Source of the DNA: Syntrophaceae bacterium UBA4767
Lineage (GTDB): Bacteria > Desulfobacterota > Syntrophia > Syntrophales > UBA4767
Direction of reading: 5' to 3'
Assembly: GCA_002403385.1 (NCBI GenBank)
Contig: DHHR01000064.1
Span: 782-64,781 of the forward strand
DNA length: 64,000 nucleotides
The notes beneath the pieces are model-generated. The model saw only the letters and a list, made by a program, of their open reading frames with translations. It was not told where the DNA came from and made no database searches. Positions within the stretch are counted from its first letter, which is position 1; each line of letters begins with the position of its first letter. Shown here piece after piece: positions 45,407 through 58,300 of the stretch. The position numbers and the translations under genes are program-made.

Positions 45407-46570
45407 ATGCCGCTTATGAAGCAGAAAGAAAAGGCTCTACTGGTTTTAGAAGACGGCAGCGTTTTTGAGGGAAATGCCTTTGCCTGCGGCGGCGAAACAA
45501 TGGGCGAAGTAGTTTTTAACACGGCCATGACCGGCTATCAGGAAGTGATTACCGATCCTTCATATAAAGGCCAGATCGTTACCATGACCTATCCTCTTAT
45601 CGGTAATTACGGAATAAATGATGAGGACATGGAATCGGCCGGCATTCATCTGGAAGGTTTTATCGTCAAGGAGTATCAAGCCCATCCCAGCAACTGGCGC
45701 ATGAAGCAAAGCCTGAAGGACTTCCTGGAGTATTACGGAAAAATCGGTGTTGAAGGAATCGATACCCGCGCCCTGACGCGCCGCTTGCGACTTTCCGGAG
45801 CGATGAAGGGGATAATTTCCACGGAAAGCAAAGATATAAAATCAATGCTGGCGAAAGTGCAGGCATATCCAGGTCTTATTGGTCGCGACCTTGTTCGCGA
45901 AGTAACTTGTTCTTCGCCATATGTCTGGAAAGAAGGAACGCATTACACGGAAAAACTTCCCTCGAGAAAAACTGCTAAAAAATTGCGAGTGGCTGTTCTT
46001 GATTGCGGAGTCAAATATAACATTCTGCGTCTTCTGGAAAAAAACGGTTGTGAAGTGCTTGTTTTGCCGGCGACTTCAAAAGCTGATGAAATTTTGAATT
46101 TGAGGCCGGATGGGGTTTTGCTTTCCAACGGCCCCGGTGATCCGGCTGCTCTTCCTTATATAGTGGACACTGTGCGAAATGTTATCGGGAAGGTTCCAGT
46201 TTTTGGAATATGCCTTGGCCATCAAATAATTGGCCAGGCGATTGGCGGTTATACGGAAAAGTTGAAATTCGGTCATCACGGAACTAATCAACCCGTAAAG
46301 AACGTTGACACTGGTAGAGTTGAAATTACATCACAAAATCACGGTTTTGTTGTCGTTCCCGAATCAGTGGATAAAAAAGCAAAAAAGAGCTATTATAATC
46401 TCAATGATCATACATCAGAAGGCCTGCGGATGCCGCAGGCCTTCAGCGTGCAATATCACCCGGAGGCGGCTCCAGGACCGCGCGACACGGAATATCTGTT
46501 CGAGGAATTTGTAAGGATAATGGAAAAAGAGAGAAGAAATGATTCTCGCGTTGGTAAAATAGGTGCCTAG
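45407..46570 (+). CDS. carA: Carbamoyl-phosphate synthase small (glutaminase) subunit
   Basis: 'VFGICLGHQ' and 'HHGTNQPV'. ATG 45416 is an alternative start. Confidence 0.95.
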   Translation: MPLMKQKEKALLVLEDGSVFEGNAFACGGETMGEVVFNTAMTGYQEVITDPSYKGQIVTMTYPLIGNYGINDEDMESAGIHLEGFIVKEYQAHPSNWRMKQSLKDFLEYYGKIGVEGIDTRALTRRLRLSGAMKGIISTESKDIKSMLAKVQAYPGLIGRDLVREVTCSSPYVWKEGTHYTEKLPSRKTAKKLRVAVLDCGVKYNILRLLEKNGCEVLVLPATSKADEILNLRPDGVLLSNGPGDPAALPYIVDTVRNVIGKVPVFGICLGHQIIGQAIGGYTEKLKFGHHGTNQPVKNVDTGRVEITSQNHGFVVVPESVDKKAKKSYYNLNDHTSEGLRMPQAFSVQYHPEAAPGPRDTEYLFEEFVRIMEKERRNDSRVGKIGA

Positions 46571-49500
46571 ACGAAACGACATAAAAAAGATTCTGCTCAT
46601 CGGTTCTGGGCCGATCATCATCAGTCAGGCATGCGAGTTTGATTATTCCGGAACGCAGGCCTGTAAAGCTCTGCGCGAAGATGGTTATGAGGTTGTTTTG
46701 ATCAACAGCAATCCTGCCACCATCATGACCGATCCGGAAATGGCCGGCCGCACATATCTTGAGCCGATTACACCCGAAGCGGTGGAAAAAATTATCGCCC
46801 GCGAGCATCCGGATGCTCTGCTGCCCACACTGGGAGGCCAGACAGGTCTCAACACCGCCGTGACGCTTGCCGAAAGCGGCGTCCTGAAAAGATACAACGT
46901 GGAAATGATCGGAGCATCGCTTGATGTCATTCACAAGGCGGAAGACAGAGAAAAATTCCGGCAAGCCATGGGAAAAATCGGCTTGCGCACGCCCAAAAGC
47001 GGCTTCGCCCGCTCGATAGCTGAAGCGCTGGAAATTGCTGAAGACTTTGGTTTTCCAATTATCGTTAGACCATCGTTTACTTTGGGCGGCACAGGCAGCG
47101 GCGTCGCCTATAACCGGGAAGAGTTGGTTGAGGTTGTCAAGGCAGGTCTCGAGGCCAGCTTGATTTCCGAGGTAATGGTGGAAGAGTCGGCGCTGGGCTG
47201 GAAAGAATACGAACTGGAAGTGATGCGGGATAAGGCTGATAATGTTGTCATTATTTGTTCTATTGAAAACTTCGATGCAATGGGCGTGCATACCGGGGAA
47301 TCCATAACGGTCGCGCCGGCGCAGACTCTTACCGATAGGGAATATCAAAATATGCGGAACGCCGCCATTGCCATCATGCGCGAAATCGGCGTAGAGACAG
47401 GTGGTTCCAATGTGCAGTTCGCTGTGCATCCAAAAACGGGGAAAATGATTGTCGTCGAGATGAATCCCCGCGTTTCGCGTTCGTCGGCGCTGGCCTCGAA
47501 GGCCACGGGGTTCCCGATTGCCAAGATTGCCGCAAAACTGGCTGTCGGCTACACACTGGATGAAATTCCCAACGACATTACGCGTGAGACGATGGCGTCT
47601 TTCGAACCGACGATTGATTACTGCGTTGTGAAGATCCCCCGCTGGACATTTGAAAAATTTCCGCAGGCCGAGGATTTCCTGAACACTTCCATGAAATCCG
47701 TCGGCGAGGTCATGGCTATCGGCCGCACCTTCAAGGAAGCCCTGCAAAAAGCCGTTCGCTCTCTGGAAATCGGACGTTTTTCTCTTCAACAGACCCTGCC
47801 GGAAAACGTACCGGATAGAGAAGAATTTTTGAAAGGCAAACTGATCAATCCCAACTCGCTGAGGCTTTTTTATATTGCCGCAGCTATGCAAAGCGGTATT
47901 TCGGTTGATGAAATTTATCAATTGACCAAAATTGACCCGTGGTTTTTGCATCAGATAAAGGAAATAGTTGATGCTGAAAAGGAACTGAAAAGTTCTGCTC
48001 CATCTGTAGAGTTACTCAGGGAAGCGAAGAAGATGGGGTTTGCCGACCGGGCGCTGGCTTCTTTCTGGAAAATGACTGAATTGGACATTCGCAAGTGGCG
48101 CGAAAAGGAAAAGATCATGCCGGCATATAAACTTGTCGATACCTGCGCGGCGGAATTTGAAGCCTACACGCCTTATTATTATTCCACCTATGAGACGGAA
48201 AGCGAAATCCGGCCGTCGAAGAAACGCAAAGTGGCAATCATCGGCGGCGGCCCCAACCGCATCGGCCAGGGAATTGAATTCGATTACTGCTGCGTTCACG
48301 CCTCTTATGCACTGCGCGAAGAAGGCTGGGAGAGCATTATGATTAATTCCAATCCCGAAACAGTCAGCACCGATTACGACACCTCGGATAAACTGTTTTT
48401 CGAACCGGTAACGCTTGAAGATGTTCTGCACGTTTTGTGGTCAGAAAAACCCGAAGGAGTGATCGCGCAATTCGGCGGACAGACGCCGCTTAATCTGGCC
48501 AAAGGACTGGAAGCCGCCGGCATTAAAATAATGGGGACATCGCCGGATTCCATTGACCGCGCAGAGGATCGCGACCGCTTCCGGGAGATCGTTGCCAAGC
48601 TCAACTTGAATCAACCCGATAACGATACGGTGATGGACACACAAAAAGCGCTGCAAGCTGCCGCGCGTATCGGCTACCCGGTGCTGGTGCGGCCATCGTA
48701 CGTGCTGGGCGGCCGTTCCATGGCAATAGTGTATGATGAAGAAACGCTCAAAGCTTTCATGGAAAAGACCCTGTCTGTGTCTCCCGAACATCCTATTTTG
48801 ATTGACAAATTTTTGGAAGATGCTGTGGAAATTGACGTGGATGCCATCAGCGACGGCGAGGCTACACTTGTTGCCGGTATTATGGAACATATTGAAGAGG
48901 CGGGAATCCATTCAGGCGATAGCGCTTGCATCCTGCCGCCCATGACAATTCCTGCCGGTATTGTGGAGTTGATTAAGAAACAGACAGAAATGCTGGCGCG
49001 GGAACTAAACGTTATCGGGTTGATGAATATTCAGTATGCCCTCAAGGACGGCAAGCTTTATGTGCTGGAAGTCAATCCGCGCGCATCAAGGACGGTTCCT
49101 TTTGTCAGCAAGGCCGTCGGTTTGCCACTGGCGAAACTGGCCACCAAAGTCATGCTCGGTAAATCTTTAAAGGGACTGGGAATCACCCATGTATCGGAGC
49201 CGAAACATATCTCAGTCAAAGAAGCTGTCTTTCCGTTTAACCGTTTTCCCAACGTAGATATTTTGCTGGGACCGGAAATGAAATCCACCGGCGAAGTTAT
49301 GGGTATAGATCAATCCTTCGGTCTGGCTTTTGCCAAGTCGCAAATGGCGGCTCGTTTCCAGGTGCCGATGGAAGGCACGGTGTTTATCAGCGTCAATGAT
49401 CAGCATAAAGACAAGATTGTACCGCTTGCTGAATCTTTTCAGAAAATGGGGTTTAAAATCTTAGCCACCAAAGGAACAGCGCAATACTTAAGGAAGCGCT

Positions 49501-49799
49501 CTATTGACGCCGGCATTGTTTTTAAAATAAGCGAAGGGCGACCGCACATTGTGGATTTCATTAAAAACGGCGATATCCAGTTGGTGATCAATACCGGTTC
49601 AGGTCGCAAATCTTCACGGGACGCTTATCATATCAGAAGAAGCGCGCTCATTTATAATATACTCTACACCACGACTATTGCGGGCGCTCGCGCTCTTTGC
49701 GAAGCGGTTTCAGCGATAATAAAGGAAAACTGGCAGGTTCGCTCTCTGCAGGAATATCATAACGGACAGGAAGAGAGATTTCATGTCAATTTTATTTGA
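46563..49799 (+). CDS. carB: Carbamoyl-phosphate synthase large subunit
   Basis: 1078 aa with duplicated ATP-grasp halves. The GTG start overlaps the carA end. Confidence 0.95.
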   Translation: MPRRNDIKKILLIGSGPIIISQACEFDYSGTQACKALREDGYEVVLINSNPATIMTDPEMAGRTYLEPITPEAVEKIIAREHPDALLPTLGGQTGLNTAVTLAESGVLKRYNVEMIGASLDVIHKAEDREKFRQAMGKIGLRTPKSGFARSIAEALEIAEDFGFPIIVRPSFTLGGTGSGVAYNREELVEVVKAGLEASLISEVMVEESALGWKEYELEVMRDKADNVVIICSIENFDAMGVHTGESITVAPAQTLTDREYQNMRNAAIAIMREIGVETGGSNVQFAVHPKTGKMIVVEMNPRVSRSSALASKATGFPIAKIAAKLAVGYTLDEIPNDITRETMASFEPTIDYCVVKIPRWTFEKFPQAEDFLNTSMKSVGEVMAIGRTFKEALQKAVRSLEIGRFSLQQTLPENVPDREEFLKGKLINPNSLRLFYIAAAMQSGISVDEIYQLTKIDPWFLHQIKEIVDAEKELKSSAPSVELLREAKKMGFADRALASFWKMTELDIRKWREKEKIMPAYKLVDTCAAEFEAYTPYYYSTYETESEIRPSKKRKVAIIGGGPNRIGQGIEFDYCCVHASYALREEGWESIMINSNPETVSTDYDTSDKLFFEPVTLEDVLHVLWSEKPEGVIAQFGGQTPLNLAKGLEAAGIKIMGTSPDSIDRAEDRDRFREIVAKLNLNQPDNDTVMDTQKALQAAARIGYPVLVRPSYVLGGRSMAIVYDEETLKAFMEKTLSVSPEHPILIDKFLEDAVEIDVDAISDGEATLVAGIMEHIEEAGIHSGDSACILPPMTIPAGIVELIKKQTEMLARELNVIGLMNIQYALKDGKLYVLEVNPRASRTVPFVSKAVGLPLAKLATKVMLGKSLKGLGITHVSEPKHISVKEAVFPFNRFPNVDILLGPEMKSTGEVMGIDQSFGLAFAKSQMAARFQVPMEGTVFISVNDQHKDKIVPLAESFQKMGFKILATKGTAQYLRKRSIDAGIVFKISEGRPHIVDFIKNGDIQLVINTGSGRKSSRDAYHIRRSALIYNILYTTTIAGARALCEAVSAIIKENWQVRSLQEYHNGQEERFHVNFI

Positions 49800-51210
49800 C
49801 GAACGGTCCGGAAATTCCGGCCGTCCTCGTGAAGAATGTGGTATCTTCGCTATTTGCAGACACGAAGAAGCCTCCCGATTGGCTTTCTTCGGTCTTTTTG
49901 CTTTACAGCACCGCGGTCAGGAATCGGCAGGGATCGTCAGTTCGGACGGCAATAAGGTATGGTCGCAAAAGGGTATGGGTCTTGCCTCCGAAGTCTTCAA
50001 CGAAGCGGCGCTGCAAAAACTCCCCGGCGATTTGGCCATTGGGCATGTCCGCTATTCCACGACCGGGTCTTCCACTATCTCCAACGCTCAGCCGTTTTTA
50101 GTTCACTATGCCGATGGGTATTACGCGGTGGCACATAACGGAAACATTATCAACGCCCAACAGTTGCGAAATGAACTGGAAGATAGCGGTTCCATTTTCC
50201 GATCTACTATGGATAGTGAAGTTATTATCCACTTGATGGCGCGCCACTTGAAGCATGGTTTAGAAAATGCGTTGGTTGCCGCCCTTTCCCGTTTAGAAGG
50301 AGCTTACAGTCTTGTCATGCTGACCGGCGATAAAGTCATCGCGGCGCGTGATCCAAGAGGATTTAGGCCGCTGGTGTTGGGAATGCTCAATAGTAGTTGG
50401 GTGGTCGCTTCGGAAACCTGCGCCTTTGATTTGGTCAACGCTAGATATGTTCGAGATGTCGAACCCGGTGAAATTCTAATCATAGATCGGGAGGGGATGA
50501 AGAGCCTTAAACCGTTTCCTCCAACAAAACACTGCTACTGTATCTTTGAACTGATTTACTTCTCCCGTCCCGACAGCCAGGTTTTCAAGCAGAATGTCTA
50601 TATGTGTCGCAAGCGTCTGGGGCACGAGCTGGCGCGTGAATACAGGCCGGATGTGGACATCATTATGCCCTTTCCCGATTCAGGCGTATATGCCGCTCTG
50701 GGCTATGCAGAGGAAAGCGGCATCGCCTTTGAGATGGGTATGATTCGCAATCATTACGTGGGCAGGACCTTTATCCAACCATCGCAACCGATGCGGGATT
50801 TCGGAGTGCGTGTGAAGCTAAATCCTGTGAGGCCTCTGTTGGAAAACAAGAGGGTTTTAATCATAGATGATTCCATCATTCGCGGTACGACCAGCCGCAG
50901 TCGTGTGCAAAATTTGCGCAGCGTTGGAATAAAAGAAATTCACATGGCAGTCAGCTGTCCAACGACAATGTATCCATGTCCATACGGCATTGATTTTGCC
51001 TCTAAGGGAGAACTGATTGGGGCAAAAAAAGAGAGCAAAGAGGCCATCGCTGATTTCATCGGCCTTGATTCCATACACTATTTGAGTATCGAAGGGATGG
51101 TCAAGGCTACCGGACTGAACAAGGACTGCTTTTGCCTTGCCTGTTACAACGGCAATTACCCCCTTGCGCCGCCAAATACAATTGACAAGTTTTGTATGGA
51201 ACCAAAATAA
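49783..51210 (+). CDS. purF: Amidophosphoribosyltransferase
   Basis: The 'CGIFAI' nucleophile follows an 18-residue propeptide. PRTase motif '[13 protein letters not shown]'. It overlaps the carB end by 17 nt. Confidence 0.95.
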   Translation: MSILFDERSGNSGRPREECGIFAICRHEEASRLAFFGLFALQHRGQESAGIVSSDGNKVWSQKGMGLASEVFNEAALQKLPGDLAIGHVRYSTTGSSTISNAQPFLVHYADGYYAVAHNGNIINAQQLRNELEDSGSIFRSTMDSEVIIHLMARHLKHGLENALVAALSRLEGAYSLVMLTGDKVIAARDPRGFRPLVLGMLNSSWVVASETCAFDLVNARYVRDVEPGEILIIDREGMKSLKPFPPTKHCYCIFELIYFSRPDSQVFKQNVYMCRKRLGHELAREYRPDVDIIMPFPDSGVYAALGYAEESGIAFEMGMIRNHYVGRTFIQPSQPMRDFGVRVKLNPVRPLLENKRVLIIDDSIIRGTTSRSRVQNLRSVGIKEIHMAVSCPTTMYPCPYGIDFASKGELIGAKKESKEAIADFIGLDSIHYLSIEGMVKATGLNKDCFCLACYNGNYPLAPPNTIDKFCMEPK

Positions 51211-51288
51211 AACACAACCCGCGGCGTCGCTTCGCTTTTGCGGCCGTCTTGGAATACTGATGCTGTCTTGTGGCAAGAGGTAAAATAA

Positions 51289-51990
51289 TTGCTGAAGGTC
51301 AAACAGTTCCGGTACGGGACAGATAATCTTGGTTATTTGATTTATGGACAAGAATCGGCGATGGTCATAGACGGAGGCGCCGTGAGAGAGATGCTCTCCT
51401 TCGCGACACAAAGGAAGCTTACGATCCGCATGGTGGCCAATACGCACGACCATCCCGATCATACGATGGGGAATATCCCCCTCGTCAAGGCATCCGGCGC
51501 ACGTTTTTTATCCGGCGATTGTTTGGCCAGTGGCGCGGAAATTGACCTGGAAACCTCGCAAATTCATGTTTATCACACACCGGGGCATACGAATGATTCC
51601 GTCTGCTTTCATGTTGGAGATATCATCATTACCGGCGACACCCTCTTCAACGGGACAATTGGAAACTGTTTTTCCGGCAGTATCGAGGCTTTCTATCGTT
51701 CGATCAAGATGATCATGGCTTTGGCCGGTAAGACGGTCGTTTATGCCGGGCACGATTATGTGAGAGATTCCATGGCGTTTGCGCGGTATCTTGAACCTGA
51801 TAATGTTTATATTGACCGTTTTCTGAATGCTTATGATCCCGACCATGTCTTTTCTACCCTGGATGATGAATTTAGGATCAATCCGTATTTTCGTTTCAAT
51901 GACAAAAACATCATTTCCATTTTAAAGAAACACAATCTTCCGACGGATACTGAATGGCAGCGATGGCAGTCTCTTATGACATTGGGATGA
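51289..51990 (+). CDS. MBL-fold metallohydrolase (glyoxalase II-like)
   Basis: 'THDHPDH' and 'TPGHT'. TTG start. Confidence 0.8.
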   Translation: MLKVKQFRYGTDNLGYLIYGQESAMVIDGGAVREMLSFATQRKLTIRMVANTHDHPDHTMGNIPLVKASGARFLSGDCLASGAEIDLETSQIHVYHTPGHTNDSVCFHVGDIIITGDTLFNGTIGNCFSGSIEAFYRSIKMIMALAGKTVVYAGHDYVRDSMAFARYLEPDNVYIDRFLNAYDPDHVFSTLDDEFRINPYFRFNDKNIISILKKHNLPTDTEWQRWQSLMTLG

Positions 51991-52090
51991 AAAGCCCAAC
52001 TTCCATCTTGAGAAAATATCCATCTTGTCATTGACTCTGATTACGCCGTTGCTGTAAATAAGTCGGGCTGTAGGTGGATATGAATATTTT

Positions 52091-55000
52091 ATGGCTGGTT
52101 TAAGAATATATCTCAGCAACCGTATGGAAAAACTGGCAGAGGAACTGGCCGGTCTGCTCGGTGAGCCGCTTTCATCCCCCCTTAAAAAAGATATCGTCGT
52201 CGTTCAAAGCAAGGGCATGGAGCATTGGGTTTCAATGGAACTGGCGCGTTATCATGGAATCTGTACAAATGTTCACTTTCCATTTCCAAAAGCCTTTGTG
52301 CATCAAATTCTAACTTCCGTTATTTCTGAATTTCAACCGGATACGGTTTTCGATCCCCATGTGATGGCATGGGAAATCATGAAATTGATTCCCTCCTGCC
52401 TCGATAGAGATAGCTTCGAAAGCATCAAATCTTACCTGGAAGATGATGAGAATTGTGTCAAGCGCTTTCAATTAGCCCATCAAATAGCATATCTCTTTGA
52501 TCAATATCTCATCTTCCGTCCCGAAATGATCGTAGGTTGGGAAAAGGGTGAGGTAGGGCAGAAAGATGAGAAGTGGCAGGCCGATCTTTGGCGGGAATTG
52601 GTGAGAGACAGGGGAAACCATCATCCGGCAGCATACAGGGATTGTTTTTTCCGGAAAATTTCTTCCGATTCATTTTCTGTTGCCGCAAGCCTTCCCGAAC
52701 GCATAGCCGTTTTTGGCATATCAGCCCTTCCGCGGTTCTATCTGGAAATCATCTATGCTTTGTCCAAAAGGATTGATGTTCACCTGTTTGCAATGACTCC
52801 ATCTCGTGAATTTTGGGGGGATATCCGCTCGGATCGCGAAATCCACCGTGAACTGACGAAACTGGAGACAACCTCAGGCAAAGACGTATCATACGAGTAT
52901 CTGCACCTGGAAAGAGGCAACAGTTTGCTGGCCTCCATGGGGGCGGCAGGGAGAGATTACTTTAAGCTTATTTTGGATCTTCAGGATCAGGTGGAAGAGT
53001 ATTTTATAGAGCCTATAGAGGATAATATGCTTTCCATGGCTGCTTCCGATATCTTCCATTTGAGAGACCGGGGAGACACCGATTCCAATAAGGGTATCAT
53101 TGGATGGGAAGACCGATCCATAGAAATCCTCTCTTGCCACAGCCCCATGCGTGAGGTGGAGGTTCTCTATGATCATCTCCTGCTCATGTTTGATAAGAAT
53201 CCTGATCTTTCGCCCAAGGATGTGTTGGTGATGACACCGGATATGGATACCTACGCCCCCTTCATCCATGCGGTGTTCGGCGCCCCTTCAGGGCGCATTC
53301 CCTTTAGCATTGCTGACCGGACGATCGGAAAGGAAGGGGCAATTACGAAAGGTTTCCTGGAGATTTTGGGGCTCGTTGACAGCCGATTCGAAGTATCTCA
53401 GGTGCTCTCCCTATTGGAGATTTCCTCAATCAGAGACCGGTTCGATCTATCGGAAGGAGATATGGCAAGAATTCGAAAGTTGGTCAGCGACAGCCGAATT
53501 TGTTGGGGCATTGATGAGATTGATCGAGAGCGGCTTGGCCTTCCGGCGACACGGGAAAACACCTGGATGGCTGGGCTGGATCGGCTTATTCTGGGCTATG
53601 CTATGCCGGGCCAGGAGGAGCGCCTCTTTAAGGGTATCTTGCCCTACGATTATATCGAGGGTGGCGAAACGAAAATTTTGGGGCAGTTCTTAACCTTTAC
53701 GAGACTGCTGTTTAATGATGTGGCTTCTTTAGGTCAGCCGAGAAGCATCGAATTGTGGAGCCGCGATTTAAAAACATTACTGGAGCATTTTTTCATCGCA
53801 AATGAGGAGACGCAAGGCGAGATGCAGATCATTCGACGGGCGCTACATCAATTAAGCGCCGTGGAAAATCAAATCCGATTTCACGAGGCTGTCGGTTTAG
53901 ATGTTATTTGCTGTTACCTGGAAAGGGTTTTGGGGTCACAAGGACATGACTACGGCTTTATGACCGGCGGGGTGACTTTTTGCGCCATGCTCCCCATGCG
54001 CAGCATCCCTTTTAAAGTGATATGCCTTGTAGGAATGAACAATACTGCCTATCCACGTCAATCAGAAACAGTGGGGTTCAATTTAATAGTCCAAAATCCA
54101 AAACCGGGCGACCAAACTCATAGGGATAGTGATCGTTATCTCTTCCTCGAAACCATTATTTCGGCAAGAGAGAAACTTTATATCAGTTACGTCGGACAGA
54201 GTATGGAGGATAATACGGCGATTCCTCCTTCTGCACTGGTTTGTGAACTCATGGATTACCTTGAACAAGGTTTCATGTTCCCTGACGCCGGTAGTGTTTT
54301 GGATAAGATAGCAACTGTTCATCATCTTCAGGCCTTTAATCCTTCATATTTTACGGGGGATCAAAATCTTTTCAGCTATTCCGAGGAGAATTGCCGGGCC
54401 GCCCGCTGCCTGTTGGAACAATCTTCACCTCCTGCGGGATTGGTTCCCCATTCCTTATCCAAACCTGCGGAAGATTGGAAAATAGTGGAATTGTCCGATC
54501 TGCTTAGTTTTTATAGAAACCCGGCGCGGTTCCTTTCGGAAAGGCGGTTGGGTATTGGCCTGGAGGATGCGTCGCCGCTTATGGAAGAGGTTGAACCATT
54601 TAAGCTAAGTCAACTCGAAAGGTATATTTTTGAACAAACCATTATAGAGCAGGCTCTCAAGGGGAAGGAACTGAAGGCCTTTTACAGGCTTGCCAATGCG
54701 GCAGGACGGCTGCCCCACGGTCAGGTAGGCATTTGCGCGTACGATCATCTGGTTGAAAGCGTCCGGCCTTTTATAGAGATGCTGAAACATCGTCTTAAAG
54801 GGGAAAAGACCGAACCCTTGGAGTTTGATTTGCCTGTTGCCGATTTTCTTCTCAAGGGGACCATCGCTTCCCTTTATCCCGGAGGTCTCATCCACTACCG
54901 TTTTGCCACACTGAGAGGAAAAGATCACCTAAGGTTTTGGATAGAACATCTGGTTTTGAACGCTGTAGAAGGCGCCGATGTCAGGCAAAGCTTCTTATTT

Positions 55001-55345
55001 GGAAAGGATGAGGCTTGGGAAATGATGCCGGTAGCTGAAGCGTCAAAGTGGCTTGCGACGCTTGTGAAACAATTCTGGATAGGGCTTATGACGCCCCTGA
55101 AATTCTTTCCCGAAGCTGCCTGGATTTATGTGCAGCAGGTGTATGAAAAGGGAAAATCCCCGCAGGAAGGAATACGTAAAGCCAGGGAAAGATGGGTCGG
55201 CAACGACTTTTCCCCGGGCGAGGGAGAAGATGCCTACTATCAACTTTGTTTTGGGGAGATAGAGCCCCTTGATTCGGTATTTCAAAAACTGGCAGAGTTG
55301 ATTATGAGTCCCCTCCTGCAATATCAGCGGAAAATAAAAACATGA
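52091..55345 (+). CDS. recC: Exodeoxyribonuclease V gamma subunit
   Basis: 1084 aa with the RecC-type N-terminus 'LRIYLSNRMEKL...VVVQSKGMEHWVSMELA'. recB follows with an ATGA overlap. Confidence 0.9.
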   Translation: MAGLRIYLSNRMEKLAEELAGLLGEPLSSPLKKDIVVVQSKGMEHWVSMELARYHGICTNVHFPFPKAFVHQILTSVISEFQPDTVFDPHVMAWEIMKLIPSCLDRDSFESIKSYLEDDENCVKRFQLAHQIAYLFDQYLIFRPEMIVGWEKGEVGQKDEKWQADLWRELVRDRGNHHPAAYRDCFFRKISSDSFSVAASLPERIAVFGISALPRFYLEIIYALSKRIDVHLFAMTPSREFWGDIRSDREIHRELTKLETTSGKDVSYEYLHLERGNSLLASMGAAGRDYFKLILDLQDQVEEYFIEPIEDNMLSMAASDIFHLRDRGDTDSNKGIIGWEDRSIEILSCHSPMREVEVLYDHLLLMFDKNPDLSPKDVLVMTPDMDTYAPFIHAVFGAPSGRIPFSIADRTIGKEGAITKGFLEILGLVDSRFEVSQVLSLLEISSIRDRFDLSEGDMARIRKLVSDSRICWGIDEIDRERLGLPATRENTWMAGLDRLILGYAMPGQEERLFKGILPYDYIEGGETKILGQFLTFTRLLFNDVASLGQPRSIELWSRDLKTLLEHFFIANEETQGEMQIIRRALHQLSAVENQIRFHEAVGLDVICCYLERVLGSQGHDYGFMTGGVTFCAMLPMRSIPFKVICLVGMNNTAYPRQSETVGFNLIVQNPKPGDQTHRDSDRYLFLETIISAREKLYISYVGQSMEDNTAIPPSALVCELMDYLEQGFMFPDAGSVLDKIATVHHLQAFNPSYFTGDQNLFSYSEENCRAARCLLEQSSPPAGLVPHSLSKPAEDWKIVELSDLLSFYRNPARFLSERRLGIGLEDASPLMEEVEPFKLSQLERYIFEQTIIEQALKGKELKAFYRLANAAGRLPHGQVGICAYDHLVESVRPFIEMLKHRLKGEKTEPLEFDLPVADFLLKGTIASLYPGGLIHYRFATLRGKDHLRFWIEHLVLNAVEGADVRQSFLFGKDEAWEMMPVAEASKWLATLVKQFWIGLMTPLKFFPEAAWIYVQQVYEKGKSPQEGIRKARERWVGNDFSPGEGEDAYYQLCFGEIEPLDSVFQKLAELIMSPLLQYQRKIKT

Positions 55346-58300
55346 AAGATTTCGATCTTATTGCCGCTCCTCTAACAGGAACCAATCTGATTGAGGCCAG
55401 CGCAGGCACAGGAAAAACTTATACGATCGCCGGCCTGTTTGTCCGCCTGGTGGTTGAAAAGGCTCTTTTTGTTAGTGAAATTTTGGTGGTGACCTATACC
55501 GTCGCTGCAACGGAAGAATTGAAGAATCGGATCCGCAGAAAACTCCGAGAGGCCCTGGTGGCCTTTTCGTCGGGGAAGGCTGAAGACCACTTCCTGCAGG
55601 GATTGCTTGAAAAGTACCCCAACTATGCGCAGCGTAGCATTGTGCGTGAACGCATAGCTATGGCGATAAGAAATTTTGATGAGGCGGCCATATATACCAT
55701 CCACGGTTTTTGCCGGAGAACGCTTCAAAAGAGCGCCTTCGAAAGCGGATTTCTTTTTGATACACACCTGATAACGGATCAGCAAAAATTCAAAGAAGAG
55801 ATCGTTCATGATTTCTGGCGGCGTCACTTCTATGAGACCATTCCGGAGCTGGTGGGCTACGCCCTTGCGCAAGGGTATTCTCCGGCATATCTTCTCAAAT
55901 TAACAGGGCGTGAGTTCTCCCATCCCGATATTCGAGTCATCCCCGAAGAGCCTCTTCCATCTCTGCAATCCATCAGGAGCATGGTGGACAAGTTCAATGA
56001 GGAATTCATGAAATTAAGAAGGGTATGGGCACAGGCAAGGGAAGAAGTCAGAAAGCGCCTCCAAAGCCCTGCTCTTAAAGCTAACATCTATGGAGACAGG
56101 GTGGAGGCGCTAATGGTTTTTATGGACCACTTCGTGGCTTCCGAAACCCCGTTTTTGTCTATCTTCAGCGATTTCGAAAAATTTACGCCCAGCAAGATTG
56201 CCTCTTCGGTTAGAAAAAATTGCACCCTGCCGGAACATACAGTATTTCGCATTTGTGATAACTTGAGAAATCGGGAAAAGGAAGCAAAGGCGCAAATGGA
56301 CCGCTACCTCCTCGGGTTGAAGGCCAAGCTTATCGGTATTCTCAGGGTGGAACTTCCCGCCCTGAAGCAAAAAAGGAATGTCCTTTTTTATGATGATCTT
56401 CTCCTCAAGCTCAAGACGGCGCTGGAGAAAAATGGCGGGGCATCTCTTGTGCAGGCCATTAGAGGCAAATACAAGGCCGCATTGATTGACGAATTTCAGG
56501 ATACCGATTCCCTTCAATACGCCATTTTTCATACGATCTTTGGTTTGGGCAAGGAAAGCGGGAGTATCCTATTTCTTATAGGCGACCCCAAGCAATCCAT
56601 ATACGCTTTCCGTGGCGCTGATCTTTTTGCCTATATAAAGGCTGCTTACCAGGCAGACAATAAGTACACCTTGAGACAGAACTGGCGTTCTGTCTCCGAC
56701 TTGGTGGAAGCCATCAATATCATCTTCTCTTGCGCCGCCAGGCCTTTTGTGCATGAAGAGATATCGTTCTTTTCAACGCAGACGGCAAAGAATAGACCGG
56801 AATTGCCGGCTTTAACCATAGATGGGAGGAAAGAAGCCCCCTTTCGGTGGTGGTTTGTTCCTGCCGGGACATATTCAACGCAGGGAAGACCCCTGGCAAA
56901 GGAGCAGGCCGCAGAGCTTATTGTGAAAGCTGTTGCCGCCCGGATCGCCAGGCTTGTTTCCCTTGGAAAAGAACAAAGAGCCTTTATCGGCCCTGCCCCG
57001 CTTGCTGAAAGGGATATTGCCGTTCTGGTGAGGACCAACAGACAGGCGCGTCAGGTGGAGAAGGCGCTGAAGGAATTGAAAATCCCCTGCGTCCTTTACA
57101 ACACGGAAAACCTGTTTGACAGTAGGGAAGCCTATGAAGTTCAGCAACTTTTGACGGGCATTGCCTATCCGGCAGATGAGAGACGTTTCAAGGCGGCTTT
57201 AATTACAAGTCTGCTCGGAATCAATGGGAATGCTCTGGAGCGTCTGGAGGAAGATGAAAATCAATGGGAAGAATGGTTGCGAAAATTCAATTTCTATCAT
57301 GACCTGTGGTTGTCGCGCGGTTTCATCGTAATGTTTAAAACCTTAATGGACAGACAGGACGTGAGGGCGCGGCTGCTTTCGCTTCCCGATGGGGAACGAC
57401 GGTTGACCAACGCGCTTCATCTGGCGGAGGTTCTTCATCAGGAAGCCGCCACAGAAGGCCTCGGTATGTCCGGTCTCTTGAAATGGCTGGAAAAACAGAG
57501 GAATCCGGAGACGCCTCGCAAAGAGGAACATCAACTGCGTTTGGAGAGCGATGATGATGCGGTGAGAATTTCCACCATTCACAAGAGCAAGGGGCTTGAA
57601 TATCCCATTGTCTTTTGCCCGTTTTCTTGGGAAGGCTCAAGGATCGGCAAGGACAGCCTTCTTACATTTCACGATCCGCAGAATGATGACCGGCTTACCT
57701 GTGACCTTGGTTCTCCCGATTGGCAGGCGCATAAAAAATGGGCGGAGAAAGAGCTGTTGGCGGAAAATATTCGCCTACTTTATGTCGCCCTGACCAGGGC
57801 CAAATGTTGCTGTTATTTTGTATGGGGACGATTTAACGATTCGGAAACGTCGGCTCCGGCTTACCTGCTTCACACCGGTGGCCTGATTGAGCATAGCTTG
57901 GATGAAATCGCCAACCGTGTAAAGAGTCTTTCCGATGAGGATATGTACAACAAAATAGCCGCTTTGGCCGCCAGGGGGGAAACCAAGATGAATCTTTCGG
58001 AACTACCCGTAAGCGCAGAACATACCTACATACCGCGGCATACTGCTGGAAAAGTTCTGCATTGTCGCCAATTTCAGGGAAGCATCGATCGCTTATGGCA
58101 GGTGATGAGTTTTTCATCTCTTGTTTCAAGTCATCCTCAAAGAGCGGATATTCCCGATCTAGATGCCATGGAAAACACCCAAGCCGCCGAATACCGGAAG
58201 GTCTCCGAAAAAAAACCGCTCGATCTTGGCCCCGGTGTCTTTACCCTGCCGGGAGGCGTTCGCACGGGTTCTTTGCTGCATGATATTCTTGAGCATCTTG

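Noticed and set aside
46443-47951. A 502-aa minus-strand ORF, the longest unexplained ORF in the track.
   Set aside because: It lies entirely antisense to carB, whose plus-strand product has unmistakable CPSase ATP-grasp sequence. The antisense product is low-complexity and Arg/Gly/Phe-rich, with no motifs or Shine-Dalgarno. It is a frame artefact.
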